Positions 54,501 through 63,050 of a DNA stretch of 64,000 nucleotides are shown piece after piece. The notes under the pieces are model-generated. The model was not told the origin of the DNA and did no database searches. It saw nothing but the letters and a program-made list of their open reading frames with translations. Numbering within the stretch: position 1 is the first letter of the stretch; each line of letters starts with the position of its first letter. The stretch comes from Phoronis australis (taxonomy: Eukaryota > Animalia > Phoronida). The position numbers and the translations under genes are program-made. Where the stretch lies: the NCBI GenBank assembly GCA_002633005.1, contig NMRA01000461.1, forward strand, positions 294,864 to 358,863, given 5' to 3'.

Positions 54501-57500
54501 TCACCTCGTCAAAAATACATTCTACACTTAAAACTATCATTTAAAAAAACGCTTACTTTCATCATTGGTCCTTTCTACTTCTATACATATCTTTGATAAA
54601 GCTTAGTTGTGAGAATTAAGTTGACTTTGGCGAAGAATTACAACTCCACTTTTTTGGTTGCNNNNNNNNNNNNNNNNNNNNNNNNNNNNNNNNNNNNNNN
54701 NNNNNNNNNNNNNNNNNNNNNNNNNNNNNNNNNNNNNNNNNNNNNNNNNNNNNNNNNNNNNNNNNNNNNNNNNNNNNNNNNNNNNNNNNNNNNNNNNNNN
54801 NNNNNNNNNNNNNNNNNNNNNNNNNNNNNNNNNNNNNNNNNNNNNNNNNNNNNNNNNNNNNACGGAGTTTCCCCTTAAAATTAACGTCTCTAGCATATCC
54901 AAGGCGAAAGCTACAAAAGTTAAGCAACCCAAGAACTCTCAACTTGTCTGAAACCGGAGGAGATTTCGAAATCAACGCCGATAGCCCCAATACTGAACAT
55001 GACGACAGTCGTGCCCTTGGTCACACGGTCACTGATCATAGCTACGCTGTGTTTACAAACGAGAGAAAGGACTTGCTTGGTATTAAAAAAAATGAAACAT
55101 GGTTTTTAGTTTGCAAATCACTCCAAATGCACACACTATCCAGCCTCCACAAGACATGCCTGACCACAAGCTATCCCATGAGCCTTCGCGCAGGAAGTAA
55201 CTCGCACATGCGCAATGCGTAATTCGTTTGCGCTGCAAATCCGCTATTGAACGGCCAAATAATTCACTGGCTGCACTGCGTTACTCCGGTGATCGGAAAC
55301 TAATCCCAACCCACTTTTGGAAGAGTCCCAGTCTTATGAATCCGTTTTGGATGGAAAGACTTTTTAAATCGTCATCACATCATTTTTTAGAGCTATTGTT
55401 TAAAGAACCCCACTCGGGGTACTGCATATTAGGTTTGGACAGCATTGAACTGATCTGTCTCCACGTTCATCGCAATAAGACGCCTATTTTGAGTTAGGTG
55501 ACGTTGTAGTGTCTGAATATTTAGTAGCTCCTTTCATGAATTTAAGGAGGATATCTGGAATTTCTGATTTAAATGATAACGGTTTAGAAACTTAAATACT
55601 TAAAATTGTCGCCGACTTCTGGCGTTATCCAGCTGCGACATTTTGCAAGTTCTGAAGTATTATTGGTTTCATCAAATTCTCTGGCCGAGTGGTATTCCAA
55701 TAATTTTAACCTGTTTGTTACAAAGAAGTAACAAAATAGATCGCAAAGTCTACACAACACCTTCAAAAACATGTTAGCGCTGATTTTTCTTACGGACAAG
55801 TTTCTTCGATTTCTTTTTAAATCGTTGACATTTTTTGCAAGATTTTATTTCGACTTGTCGCCCAGAGTTGCACACAAACCGGCCTTTACATTAGGTTCAC
55901 ATTGAACTCGCAAATATATTTTACATTTTTCTAATTACGGCAAACAAAACTTTAAAATACTGCTGATTCCTGATGCTATTCCACAATTGTGCCATTATTC
56001 TATGCGTTGGAATTTTAGCCCACCCTTTTAAGCTTCATTGGCTGACCTTCAAATTGACTCGACAAGTCAATTTTAATATTTAGTCGTCACTTATATTGCC
56101 ATTGCCATTCAGTCAATTTCACAAAGTTTGTTCAACAAAACCAGGCTTATGGCAAAAACCTGGTCTTCCTAAACCTCTTCGTGTTTTAGACCTAACTTGC
56201 ATTTCGTCAACGCAGTTAAAAAGTCTGATAACGTGGTCTTGTTAGACCAGGGAGCGGATTTAGTAAAACCAGATTTAAAGTATCCAAGCCACCCTACTTC
56301 GTCGATCCGGATTAACCCAACAAAGAAACTATTGAAGTGCTTCATTGAAACCTTGGTCATGCCGGGCATTCAATGGCAGAAATCAGTAGAATCATCGTAA
56401 ATATTTGGTGAAAAAGGTCTCAAAGCTTTTCTCATAATGAAAAATGTAATGTTTGTGCCGAGCGTACCTGCGCTTATAAAAGTATATGCTCACGATTAGC
56501 CGCAACATAATAAATGTCCAAATTTGTGTCCGAGTCGTTTTAGTGTTATTAATTAAGGCCAAAGTGGGTGCAGGACCCCTGCCCGGCAAAATTAAACATT
56601 GGACCCAGGTTCGGATCAAGGATTTTGTGTTGGGGGGTAGGACATAGGAATAACCATTATTTTGCAACATGCGCGCGGCTGAACATGATATATAGGGAAA
56701 CAGCTGTGTCGAATTTTTGGTTTGTGGACCTTATTACTAGAAAAACGGGTAAATGGGGTTTGTTGAAGACTTATGCATTATACATTCAACCCTGAGCCCC
56801 CCTGGGTGCGTGCATATACAGAACTAGTCAGCAATTCGCACGCCGAACTGTCAAATTGTATCTGGGAGAATTTAAGGGGGCACGGTCCCCTTGGCTCGCC
56901 CCCTAAATCCGACACTGGAACCAAAGAAATTTGAACTCAGAAAAATCAGAAAATGCCGTTTTCAGTCAACCGGTAGGGTTTACGGCGATGATGCGCTGCT
57001 TGATCAGTCATATTCTGTGGAATTCGAGGGTCACACGGCTACAAGTACTAGTCTACGCATAGGCTTATCCAAAGGGGTCAAGAGAACTGGACCCCTTTTC
57101 CTTTGATTGTAGTGATAGCAAATCTATTATTTCCAAAGAATTGACCTCCCCCCGCCTTTTTAATAAATCCTTGATTCACCCTTTCCCAACTTCAAAAAAA
57201 AAAAAATCCTGGATACGCCTCTGCTACGTTTGCTGGGTCTGACCAAGTCCAAAGTCAAACCTGGTTTAAGAGCTTAACAGAGGTCTGAGAAATATGAACC
57301 TCGTTAGTGAAAAGAAAACTCACTTAGACCAGGTCGTAACTCGAGCTTAACAAGATTTTAGTAGAGCAATGGTCTAAAAGTTAAAACCCCTTCATGAAAT
57401 GCAGTATATCTTTAAACTTGGTCTAAGTTCAGTTTAAACATTTTTTAACTTGAAACAACAGTCATTAAATTGTCTGGTGATGTGTATTGTTAAATATGCA

Positions 57501-60500
57501 GACGCTGAGTTTGGACAATAGTAAAATTTTTCAAATAGACACGGAAAACCGGGAACCCCAACTGGGATTTAAGCCACATGTCTTAAGATTGCCGGTCTAG
57601 TGTTTTTTCTTCTAAGCCACCGAGGACCCGATATCTGTAGAATTACTGTTTGCAGGCAACTATTTACAGTCAACTGGTTTGTCACACTTCCCATGAGCGG
57701 CAAATCACCTTTTTCACACGCGATATGGCCAACAATATAATCAACAATTTACCACTATGTGCTAGTTAGTTATAGGAAAGATATAGACGGTGGGGTAAGA
57801 CATAGGAATCACAATTGGGAAGCCAAAATTAAGTCTATACTGCCAGTCTAGTGCTTTTACCACTGGGTTACCGAGGACCCGTTGTTTGCATCATTATTAT
57901 TTGCAGGCTACTGCTTTATAATACATCCCATGAACGGTGCTAGACTAGCAATCTAGATACCTAATTTTTCGATTACCAATTGGGTTTCCTGACTTTTCTG
58001 TGTCTATTCGTCATGTTTGTTATCATCATCGTTGTAATTAGTCACACGCCAAAAAACACGATCTTTATACGGAAAAATTTGTAAAACACTTTCATGATGT
58101 CAGCACAGAACCTCAACTTAATGGACTTGTTTCTGTAGGGCGGGACACCAACCCTCGGAACAGGCCCTAGCTCCGCCTACAAAGGAAACTATTACGTCTA
58201 CGCCGAGGCTGATGGTGTTAGCAGAGGAAAAGTGGCCAGGCTGTTGTTAAACCCCTCTAGTTCTCCCGGTGAGTGGTGTAGTGAAAAATGATATTCTAAT
58301 GAAAAACTACGACCGTGCTTTTGCGATGCTTTCAGGATTCCCATTCCATGTATATTCAAGTCTTCACCGTCCTTGTACAGTAATGCTCGGTAGCTTTGTG
58401 TTTGATGCGTCAGGTATACATGGGTCATATACAGAGACTGATTGTATCTGTAGGCGAACTATTGTTCACGGGGTTTCTTCTCAATTCTCCATAAAACATA
58501 GCATTTTGAGCAGGGTTCATACATGTGTCAATCAGAAAACAACACCAAGTGTTCTGGCGTTTCTGGTCAGTTCGGAATAGCTTTGTTATAAAAGGTACAT
58601 GGAATCTGAAGTGATAATTAAAAAACGAAAATTGGTGGCACTCACATTTTCTTAAAATGCAGTGTTGACGCAGTTAGCTGACCCCAGAATTTTCGTACGG
58701 TGCAAAGAAGCTGTGCTTAAAGACCGAAGCTATGGGAAATTTATTATTTTTAATCCCTGTCTAGTTCACAGCTATGTATGTACCAGTCAACAGGTGCAAT
58801 GATACCACATGCAGATACATGTAAATGTATATCAAAATAATTTTACCTTGTCAGACACGCATGTTTTGTGAGGTGTAACTTCTCCAGCGAGTCACACACT
58901 TCGGTTTCAAATTATCTGAATTAAAAAACCGTTCAGAAAGATCCATGTGCTGCCAAATTTAAAACTCTACGGAACATCCATGACCTCCATCAACTACGGG
59001 TACTAGGAATGGATTCATTACTTTGTGATTGGCCAAAGCTGTTGTTTGTATACTGTATGCAGTACCATTCACTGCAATTACATGCTGTATGTACCAGTTG
59101 AATTCATACAAACATTGCTTTTTACAAACAGTGGGCAGCATAAAACGTCGTACTTTTATTTAGCCATACAAGAATCACTAAATTCTCATGTAAAAGTACT
59201 CATGAAATGCTTTTCTTAAATCTCACGGGCCACTGTTGACATGTATATGAAACTGAAATGAGATGCTGATAGCATGTTTCATTTACATATTTACGATGTC
59301 CAACCTTTTGTTGGAAACACTGTCCACCATTATCAAGGGTGTTGAAAAGCTAGACAAGTGTCTCAAATAATCTGGATACCGTGAAAACAGTCTAATGACG
59401 GTAGCATCAGTACTTACATAAAATGATCAAAGCTGCAAGTATCACCGTAGAACGGTATGCTCAGTCTAAGAACCGGTCTCTTATTAGTTAATAGGTTTAA
59501 TACAGTACAGGCTGCCAATCACACACGCCAGAGGGTGCAGCTCAACAATATAAGACCCTTATCTGATGGCCAATCTAAGCTTAGTAACATGGCTATGAAA
59601 AATGGGAGGGTTATGATTAATTTCATCCAGTATACACATGTACACGATACCGGCCGTTTACACGTAAGGGGACACGTTTTCAGTTTGACGCTATACAGTC
59701 AGCCAGCTCAAGATTCAACATTTAGTGTAGACAATCTGCACTCTCTAACCAAAACAAATCTTACATCTCTCGAGTCCATAATTTTCTGAAAGATTCAAGT
59801 ACAAGTATATGAACAGTTGTCAAAATAGACAGATCCGCGTAGTGAAGACACAAAATAAACTCGTTTTCGATTTCTCCCCTATCACAGTAGAGAAAGATCT
59901 AATTTCTCTAAGTATTACAAAATATCGAACCTGCTCTAAAATTAGTTAATGATTTGTGCACCAAAAATATGGCAGCCCAGACAAGTGTTGTCTATTGAAT
60001 GCCCTGCTACGACAGATTGACTACCGAAGGGCACACCTAGTTGTCATGCCAACAATGCATACATGTATTTGTAAAGACAGCTTAGTTAGCGGCCAAACAT
60101 TAACATTATACATGTAAATAGCCCAAATACTTGCCAATTAATGTTAATTAATTAAATTATGTGCATTCTTCGGATGGCGTTTCGCCCATTGCCAAAATTC
60201 CTGAGAGGCATTGTGGATACAGGACGTACCCCCTGTAAATGAGAAGTATTACAGGTATTCCACTTGCTCTGAGAAACATTCCAAGATAAATGAATTTGGG
60301 TCAACCAAAACCAGATTATCACGCCCGGGAACTAGCTGGCAAGCTCGTCGGTTACCTATCAATAGACACGCGTGTCCATAGTTCACTTTGTTATTCTTTC
60401 TTCTAATAAAGCTAATGGAAAGCATTTACCGGTAACCGGCTGATGTGGGCCCAAGGAGCAATATCCATGATACCTGTATTGTTATGTCCAACGAAGACGC

Positions 60501-62254
60501 AACACAGAAAATGCATGGAAATGTCACATAGGCGTTTACAATGCAACGCGCTAACGCCGCCGCGTGGATTTTGCAAATTAAACACTACATGTACCTAGGG
60601 ACCTCCGTACTGCGATATTTTGCATAGATGGTAGCTACGTGAAATAATGTGATAATCAAATATGCGATATCCGGCTTCCAGTAAAGCAGGTTTGCCACAC
60701 TGACATACGCATGCAGAACACGTAGTTCTATATGTATAATATAGTCGACCCACAGGCATGGTACACTCAAGTCACCGCCTCATACAATGTACAATCGAAA
60801 GACTCACGCATTACACTGACAAGGAGTCAGTGCCTAATGATTGTAAATTGATGAAAATCATTGCTACAATGTACATGTACATCGGAGTGTTTAGATAAGT
60901 GAACTGTGGTTATTGGTCTAAAGTACAAGTTTGACTTCATCTCATCGACAATTTAAATAGATTAGTTAATGGTACCATGGACAAAACTAAGCATTGGGAA
61001 TATGCTGAAGAACTTACGTCCAAATATGTGTTCGGTAAATTGGACAGAAACTCATGGAAGTTAGATCGAATCAAATATGTTATATTAGTTCGGCATTTTC
61101 CATCATACAGAGTGATGTACTGTATGCACAATAACAATTACATTGAAAGTAAGCGATAAACCAAAGGTATCAAATTGGAAATGCTGTAGTGGGGCGTAGG
61201 CACACATAAGGTCTGCCAACCACCTATTGGCCGACTTACGTTGCGTTATAGTAAAAATTCAGTGGATTTTCAGAATTCAGTGCTCAAGGTCGTAGGGTCG
61301 GCACTTGGTGCCTACTTACAATACATCTAATTTGATCACTACGGCACTGCTCGTTTTCTGATCTAGGTTCAAACACTAAAACGAAGAAAACATAGTCCGG
61401 TACAAAGTTCAGGAAATACATCGAATTTTTTAACAATGGCAAAAAGTCATTCAAATCAAAGTTTCAAACGTCATAATTTTAATCCCCAGCACTCTGGCCT
61501 TTTACAGGTGGATGTTTCTTTTCTTGAAAAACGCAACACCTAAATAACGCACAACTGACTAGAATTAATAAAAAACGAAACCGATTGTTTTTTGGCATTA
61601 TATATATTAAATTGCTTGCATTTTTTGTTGCTATGATTAAAGAAAATTGTAAATTTTGCTGACATGCGTTACCGTTGACAATAAAATGTCAAAGTCAATA
61701 GCAAATGTTCATATATTATTTGACGTGCAACCTTGACCTAAGGTACAGCGACAAAATCGGTATGTCGGCTGTCTTCTTATTTAGTTTCTTAAAACAAATT
61801 TGGGTAACAGTTAAGTTTGGGTAAAAATGAACTTTTCACGCGAATACTTTAATGTTTGGCACTAATTTCTGAAACTGAGAAGTAGACACAATTGTAAAAT
61901 TGCTTTTGCAGTGCATGTAAATTATATTACCTTTGATGAAGTCATTCAGCATCGACAGTATCTAACAAATTTCATTTACATTTCCAACAATATTCTGAAC
62001 TTAATATGATTAATGCTAATTCTTACTGTTGCTATTGAAGTTAATTCTATGGTAATTCAACCTTTAATGATACAGGAACGCCATTTACATTGACCTGGGC
62101 ATACCACATGTACGGGAAAACTATGGGGTCGTTGAGCGTTAGATTGGTTAACTCCAACGGAGCAATGGAGTCTCCCATCTGGTCAAAAACAGGAAACCAA
62201 GGGAATTTCTGGCTCCTTGGCAGCATTCATGTGGACCGAATAGACGTCAAGCAG
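21831..62254 (+). CDS. Multi-exon secreted astacin-family (M12A) metalloprotease, SpAN/BP10-like: SP-pro-astacin-EGF-CUB-Thr/Ser/Pro linker-MAM-MAM; 3' end beyond the window
   Basis: 20 exons with GT-AG boundaries and compatible phases join into a continuous 2541-nt frame (847 aa) with intact [19 protein letters not shown] and SIMHY motifs. Confidence 0.93.
22430..22818. mobile_element. Foldback MITE (Harbinger-like end) in intron 1
   Basis: Long imperfect inverted arms (tactcgaaatggaactcgaaa...gcgaactcaaaatag / cttatcttgagttcgc...ttcgagtacaa) around a central palindrome aactcgaaatttcgagtt; ends with ccggtccctgg. Confidence 0.7.
23174..23248 (+). CDS. Astacin gene candidate exon 2 (acidic prodomain segment)
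   Basis: tttttattgtag| RETAGEDEEHESIVFINGGKTQWIS |gtttgt; 75 nt, phase 0/0; no motif support. Confidence 0.5.
26329..26427 (+). CDS. Astacin gene exon 3: prodomain with Asp-switch-like GDI motif
   Basis: cttttgcag| KTGDKPNIDEMGLDSNAHAGDILGEDFMTEDEQ |gtagtg; phase 0/0. Confidence 0.75.
27957..28174 (+). CDS. Astacin gene exon 4: basic activation site and catalytic-domain N-terminus
   Basis: ccttacag| LISKRKAAWYQNAIWPNAIVPWYF...AIYHWQNMTCLRF...GTG |gtaaac; phase 0/2. Confidence 0.93.
29765..29901 (+). repeat. Two tandem copies of a short GC-rich MITE-end-like motif
   Basis: catgggcggcgcacca...tagccccaaacttttttcagtactgcgc and cataggcggtgcacca...tagctcccacttttttcagtgctgagc. Confidence 0.5.
30449..30518 (+). 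CDS. Astacin gene exon 5
   Basis: ttttttag| (G)CSSFVGRQYNPQNLNLKEFGCIT |gtgagt; matches the astacin GC.S.VG and GC motifs; phase 2/0. Confidence 0.93.
30842..31033 (+). CDS. Astacin gene exon 6: zinc-binding motif and Met-turn
   Basis: cttccag| [34 protein letters not shown]...YDLESIMHYGLK |gtaagt; phase 0/0; not captured by the ORF track. Confidence 0.97.
31542..31668 (+). CDS. Astacin gene exon 7: catalytic-domain C-terminus
   Basis: tttcag| AFSKNGQPTIGVKRQELSFLAGNRRGLTFYDAKLANLLYNCK |gtctgt; phase 0/1. Confidence 0.95.
31856..31978 (+). CDS. Astacin gene exon 8: EGF-like domain
   Basis: ccttttag| GDCSNTCHNHGYPFKTPNNQCVCKCPVHLSGDCNRLDTGTT |gtacta; six Cys; phase 1/1. Confidence 0.9.
33900..34065 (-). 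mobile_element. Possible piggyBac transposase fragment
   Basis: Degenerate SFKD..V.LITVSH...ETG.SNRKTDARTPQMIKRPVSVAEYTK resembles piggyBac W.DKR.V..LST.H...TG...I.KP..V..YN; the MGGVD motif is absent. Confidence 0.4.
37020..38921 (+). mobile_element. Two adjacent non-autonomous Helitron/Helentron-like elements with 410-430 bp internal tandem repeats
   Basis: Repeat units at 37022/37430 and 37877/38307/38736 (at.tgcacc.ga.agg). GC-rich motif then CTAG-T ends at 37731-37734 and 38918-38921. The second element starts with tcttattcttattcttc. Confidence 0.65.
38951..39060 (+). CDS. Astacin gene exon 9: CUB domain part 1
   Basis: tattacag| DCGGVYDLNAANPTVTIKSPNFPNNYNLNKLCVYVIK |gtatgt; phase 1/0. 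Confidence 0.93.
39551..39588. repeat. (GT)19 microsatellite with imperfect flanks
   Basis: Direct reading of the gtgtgt tract. Confidence 0.95.
40468..40592 (+). CDS. Astacin gene exon 10: CUB domain part 2
   Basis: gttttag| APDTAGSGIELKFSDFDVTGSSTRCNHFVQINANLIGQKGV(K) |gtgagt; phase 0/2. Confidence 0.92.
41648..41799 (+). CDS. Astacin gene exon 11: CUB domain part 3
   Basis: ttttaaacag| YCGSFGG...STEMMVIFNTKDTTVGANKGFMFTAKFVGAS |gtaagg; phase 2/1. Confidence 0.92.
44096..44167 (+). CDS. Astacin gene exon 12: Thr/Ser/Pro-rich linker
   Basis: ttaacag| ASTSSPTTIPPYTTSPTTTRVTAS |gtgaat; 72 nt, phase 1/1. Confidence 0.8.
44400..44558. mobile_element. Short MITE with cagtggcggat-type termini
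   Basis: ccggggtggatctagga ... tcctaaatccgccactg inverted ends; related ends near 20786, 56917 and 57223. Confidence 0.6.
46171..46242 (+). CDS. Astacin gene exon 13: Thr/Ser/Pro-rich linker
   Basis: tttttgatag| ESTPAPTTQSSSTTLPPTTTTTPS |gtgagt; 72 nt, phase 1/1. Confidence 0.82.
46684..46743 (+). CDS. Astacin gene exon 14: Thr/Ser/Pro-rich linker
   Basis: tttcatag| GSTPSTTSKPPTTTSGPTVP |gtaagt; 60 nt, phase 1/1. Confidence 0.82.
47637..47691. repeat. Perfect palindrome with 27-bp arms and a 1-nt spacer
   Basis: cgtagttactgaagagcacattgcaat-a-attgcaatgtgctcttcagtaactacg. Confidence 0.95.
48511..48599 (+). CDS. Astacin gene exon 15: MAM1 start
   Basis: ttttttgcag| IDGISCTFDDGHLCGWKQATDDNFDWSPNS |gtaagt; phase 1/0. 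Confidence 0.93.
50174..50297 (+). CDS. Astacin gene exon 16: MAM1
   Basis: cttccag| GGTYSPDTGPSGGDQGTGYIYAEVTLIPFYSIAKIYTEYFA |gtacgg; phase 0/1. Confidence 0.85.
50974..51152 (+). CDS. Astacin gene exon 17: MAM1
   Basis: tttttcag| PGSYRFSFKWHMYGGYFMGNLTL...GNHGDVWQSTSVDVVANEETK |gtatac; phase 1/0. Confidence 0.92.
51659..51823 (+). CDS. Astacin gene exon 18: MAM1 end and MAM2 start
   Basis: tgttacag| LVIAGTKIQTWQGDIALDTFVFEKKVLLSCDFENMVLCNGFANDPNADYTWVTKT |gtgagt; phase 0/0. Confidence 0.92.
54071..55248 (+). mobile_element. THAP-domain DNA transposon derivative with perfect 18-bp TIRs, spanning the assembly gap
   Basis: aatagcggatttgcagcg at 54071-54088 and its exact reverse complement at 55231-55248. 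Inside is a THAP N-terminus from ATG 54180 (TCCVPGC...SFYVFP...REKWINNIRR); after the gap come TEFP and DHSY (55034-55045). Confidence 0.75.
54662..54861. other. Assembly gap (200 N)
   Basis: Run of 200 n. Confidence 1.
56112..57404 (+). mobile_element. Non-autonomous Harbinger derivative with nested short MITEs
   Basis: 56114-56272 resembles 12021-12178 and 57236-57404 resembles 14786-14952; no transposase motifs recognised between them. Confidence 0.7.
57551..57996. repeat. tRNA-derived repeats: two tandem minus-strand copies and one inverted partial copy
   Basis: Minus strand reads gggtcctcggt(g/a)..c..ag....aaa.cactagac.ggca.t..ag... in both copies (57551-57629, 57804-57880); plus-strand partial copy gtgctagactagcaatctag from 57937. 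Confidence 0.55.
58139..58268 (+). CDS. Astacin gene exon 19: MAM2
   Basis: tttctgtag| GGTPTLGTGPSSAYKGNYYVYAEADGVSRGKVARLLLNPSSSP |gtgagt; phase 0/1; missed by the ORF track. Confidence 0.92.
62076..62254 (+). CDS. Astacin gene exon 20: MAM2 (gene continues beyond the window)
   Basis: gatacag| GTPFTLTWAYHMYGKTMGSLSV...IWSKTGNQGNFW...DVKQ |gtaggg; 179 nt, phase 1/0. Confidence 0.92.
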
Positions 62255-63050
62255 GTAGGGTTGAAGAAGTACTTCGCAACGCGAGTTTCCATTTCCTATA
62301 ACGTTTTCTGAACGAATAGTTTGTGGAGCAGAATGGGAATATACTCCATTTGATACAAAGTGTTCTAGGTTCATTATTCTATTAATGATTTTTTTTCACT
62401 TTATAGGTAAGTGAGATAGATATTAATATTCGTTTCCCATTATTTTGCTATGGCATTGGATTTAGGAACAATTGATGAATGGAAGGCAAATTTGGGTGGA
62501 ACGAATGTATTCTCGTTGACATGTAGCGTAATACCAAACAAAAAACGTACACACCAATAGGGCACGGAAGGTGCTTGAGTACACTTTCACCATGGAAACT
62601 CGTAATTTTGTGACCAGACACTACACAAATTACAAAAATGCAATTATTTGATTCCAGTGGTTTTATTCCCTACCACGGTTTAAGAATGAAAGTCTCCCAA
62701 AATCCCACCACCGGAAACGGACTAAAACTGCATTAAACGTCATTTTCAAGGTGGCAGTCAAAACGTTTTGAAATTCAAACGCCCAGCTGTAACTTCTTCA
62801 CTTTTATCATAGTCACATTTTTATTTAAGTCAATTAAACTTTTAATAACCCACTGGGACAAAAGACATTCATAATTGATAAGTATGCGACTCGGAATCAA
62901 AAACTTTACACTTTGACTAATTCCATAAATGAATTTATGCATTTCATGTTGTGATATATTTGATCTTAAATCTTGACTTAACATGACATTCTCCAAGTAT
63001 CATAGGATATAATTAATTTTCGTTAAGATTTAACAAACAATAAAATTGGA

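Noticed and set aside
54603-54990. ORFs containing runs of X
   Set aside because: Artefacts of the N gap
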